A stretch of 64,000 nt of DNA from Flavobacteriales bacterium (GTDB taxonomy: Bacteria; Bacteroidota; Bacteroidia; NS11-12g; UBA955), in NCBI GenBank assembly GCA_002737705.1, contig NSIM01000005.1, positions 10,623-74,622 of the forward strand, in the 5' to 3' direction. The notes beneath the pieces are model-generated. The model did no database searches and was not told the origin of the DNA. It worked only from the letters and a program-made list of their open reading frames with translations. Each line of letters starts with the position of its first letter. The first letter of the stretch is position 1. A program made the translations under genes and the position numbers. This document shows, piece by piece, positions 62,379 through 64,000 of this stretch.

Positions 62379-64000
62379 ATGGCTTTTGACTTAAACCTCA
62401 TCCAATCCGTTTACCAAAAAATGCCACAGCACATTGCTGCTGCCCGATTATTATTGGGAAAGCCCTTGAGCCTTACAGAGAAAATTCTTTTCTCACACCT
62501 ATGGGAAGGTGCCGCTCCACAACCCTTTGGTCGCGGAAAAGATTATGTTGATTTCGCACCCGATCGCGTAGCCATGCAAGACGCAACCGCCCAAATGGCT
62601 TTGCTTCAATTTATGCAAGCAGGCCGTCCAAAAGTAGCCGTTCCATCCACTGTGCATTGCGACCACCTTGTAATTGCCAAAACGGGTGCAGGTGAAGACC
62701 TGGTTAAAGCCAATTCAGAGAGTGAAGAAGTTTTCGATTTTCTGGCCTCAGTTTCGAATAAATATGGCCTGGGATTTTGGAAACCCGGAGCGGGAATTAT
62801 TCACCAAGTTGTCCTTGAAAACTATGCATTTCCAGGAGGAATGATGATCGGTACAGACAGTCACACTGTAAATGCAGGCGGATTGGGCATGATTGCCATT
62901 GGTGTTGGTGGTGCCGATGCATGCGATGTAATGGCTGGCTTGCCCTGGGAACTTAAATGGCCCAAACTCATCGGAATCCACCTTACTGGAAAGCTAAGCG
63001 GATGGGCCGCACCAAAAGATGTTATTTTAAAAGTCGCCGGTATTCTGACTGTAAAAGGAGGGACGGGTGCCATTGTGGAATACTTTGGCGAGGGCGCAAG
63101 TGCAATGAGTTGCACGGGAAAAGGGACCATTTGCAATATGGGTGCAGAAATTGGTGCCACAACATCAACTTTTGGATATGATGATAGTATGGAGCGTTAT
63201 CTCCGCGCCACAGGTCGTGAAGCAATTGCCGATATGGCAAATACCATTCGTGAACACCTCAATGCCGATCCAGAAGTATATGCCAACCCAAGCCAGTATT
63301 TTGACGAAGTCATTGAAATCAATCTCAATGAACTAGAACCCCACCTTAACGGACCCTATACCCCCGATTTGGCTACCCCAATATCAAAAATGAAAGCGGT
63401 GGCAGCCGCCAACGCTTGGCCCACAAAAATTGAAGTGGGTTTGATTGGAAGTTGCACCAATTCGTCGTATGAAGATATCAGTCGTGCAGTGAGTTTGGCC
63501 CAGCAGGTAATTGATAAAAAACTCACATTAAAAGCAGAATTTACAATCACTCCCGGCAGCGAACAGGTTCGTTATACCATTGAACGCGACGGATTTCTCG
63601 GTATATTCGACCAAATCGGGGCAACAGTATTTGCCAATGCTTGCGGACCTTGTATCGGAATGTGGGATCGAATGGGTGCAGAAAAACAAGAAAAAAATAC
63701 CATCGTGCATTCGTTTAACCGCAATTTTGCAAAACGTAACGACGGCAATCCAAATACATTTGCTTTTGTTGGGAGCCCTGAATTGGTTACAGCCTTGGCC
63801 ATAGCGGGTGATATTACGTTTAATCCTCTCACCGACTCACTCACCAATGAAGAGGGAGAAGATGTTTTCTTAGATGCCCCCACAGGTTTCGAATTGCCCT
63901 TACTCGGCTTTGCAGTCGAAAATGCCGGATACCAATCTCCCGCTTCTGATGGCAGTAGTATACAACTTCAAATAGACAAAAATAGTAGTCGATTGCAATT
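62379..64000 (+). CDS. acnA: aconitate hydratase; partial, 3' end beyond the window
   Basis: My own translation from the ATG at 62379 gives [14 protein letters not shown]...[17 protein letters not shown]...HCDHL, which matches aconitase domain 1. There is no stop in the window. Confidence 0.85.
   Translation, partial: MAFDLNLIQSVYQKMPQHIAAARLLLGKPLSLTEKILFSHLWEGAAPQPFGRGKDYVDFAPDRVAMQDATAQMALLQFMQAGRPKVAVPSTVHCDHLVIAKTGAGEDLVKANSESEEVFDFLASVSNKYGLGFWKPGAGIIHQVVLENYAFPGGMMIGTDSHTVNAGGLGMIAIGVGGADACDVMAGLPWELKWPKLIGIHLTGKLSGWAAPKDVILKVAGILTVKGGTGAIVEYFGEGASAMSCTGKGTICNMGAEIGATTSTFGYDDSMERYLRATGREAIADMANTIREHLNADPEVYANPSQYFDEVIEINLNELEPHLNGPYTPDLATPISKMKAVAAANAWPTKIEVGLIGSCTNSSYEDISRAVSLAQQVIDKKLTLKAEFTITPGSEQVRYTIERDGFLGIFDQIGATVFANACGPCIGMWDRMGAEKQEKNTIVHSFNRNFAKRNDGNPNTFAFVGSPELVTALAIAGDITFNPLTDSLTNEEGEDVFLDAPTGFELPLLGFAVENAGYQSPASDGSSIQLQIDKNSSRLQ

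Overview
This 64-kb window looks like chromosomal DNA from a gliding member of the phylum Bacteroidota. Three lines of evidence support that. The mutY-ssb-gldE-gldD block is present. Three large secreted proteins carry type IX secretion (T9SS) C-terminal sorting domains (type A and type B). Several outer-membrane beta-barrel proteins end in a C-terminal Phe. Housekeeping genes fill most of the right half: gmk, nadD, pdxJ, hup, rng, rlmH, argS, ruvC, and an acnA that runs off the window end. There is one tRNA, tRNA-Arg(ACG). I found no rRNA, no CRISPR array and no intact mobile element, only a truncated transposase N-terminus. The most unusual region is the left ~7.5 kb. It holds a tightly packed minus-strand operon: a Nudix-type (NrtR/AraR-like) regulator, a clan GH-A glycoside hydrolase, two ~600-aa predicted beta-barrel porins, a lipoprotein and a carbohydrate-binding-like protein. 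This resembles a polysaccharide-utilization locus but has no SusC/SusD pair. A decayed second copy of the glycoside hydrolase (about 80% identical over 130 aa) lies 31 kb away. A second NrtR-like paralog sits divergent to a sugar-kinase, SGNH-hydrolase, MBOAT and SGNH/LysM O-acylation operon. Other notable items: a perfect 74-bp direct repeat at the 5' ends of two secreted-protein genes; a 138-bp tandem repeat with embedded terminator hairpins beside the tRNA; a perfect 14-bp inverted repeat; a (CG)n hairpin; an unannotated 29-aa ultra-basic ORF; and an ABC-F ATPase with one degenerate ATP site. All functional calls come from motifs read by eye. No database searches were run.
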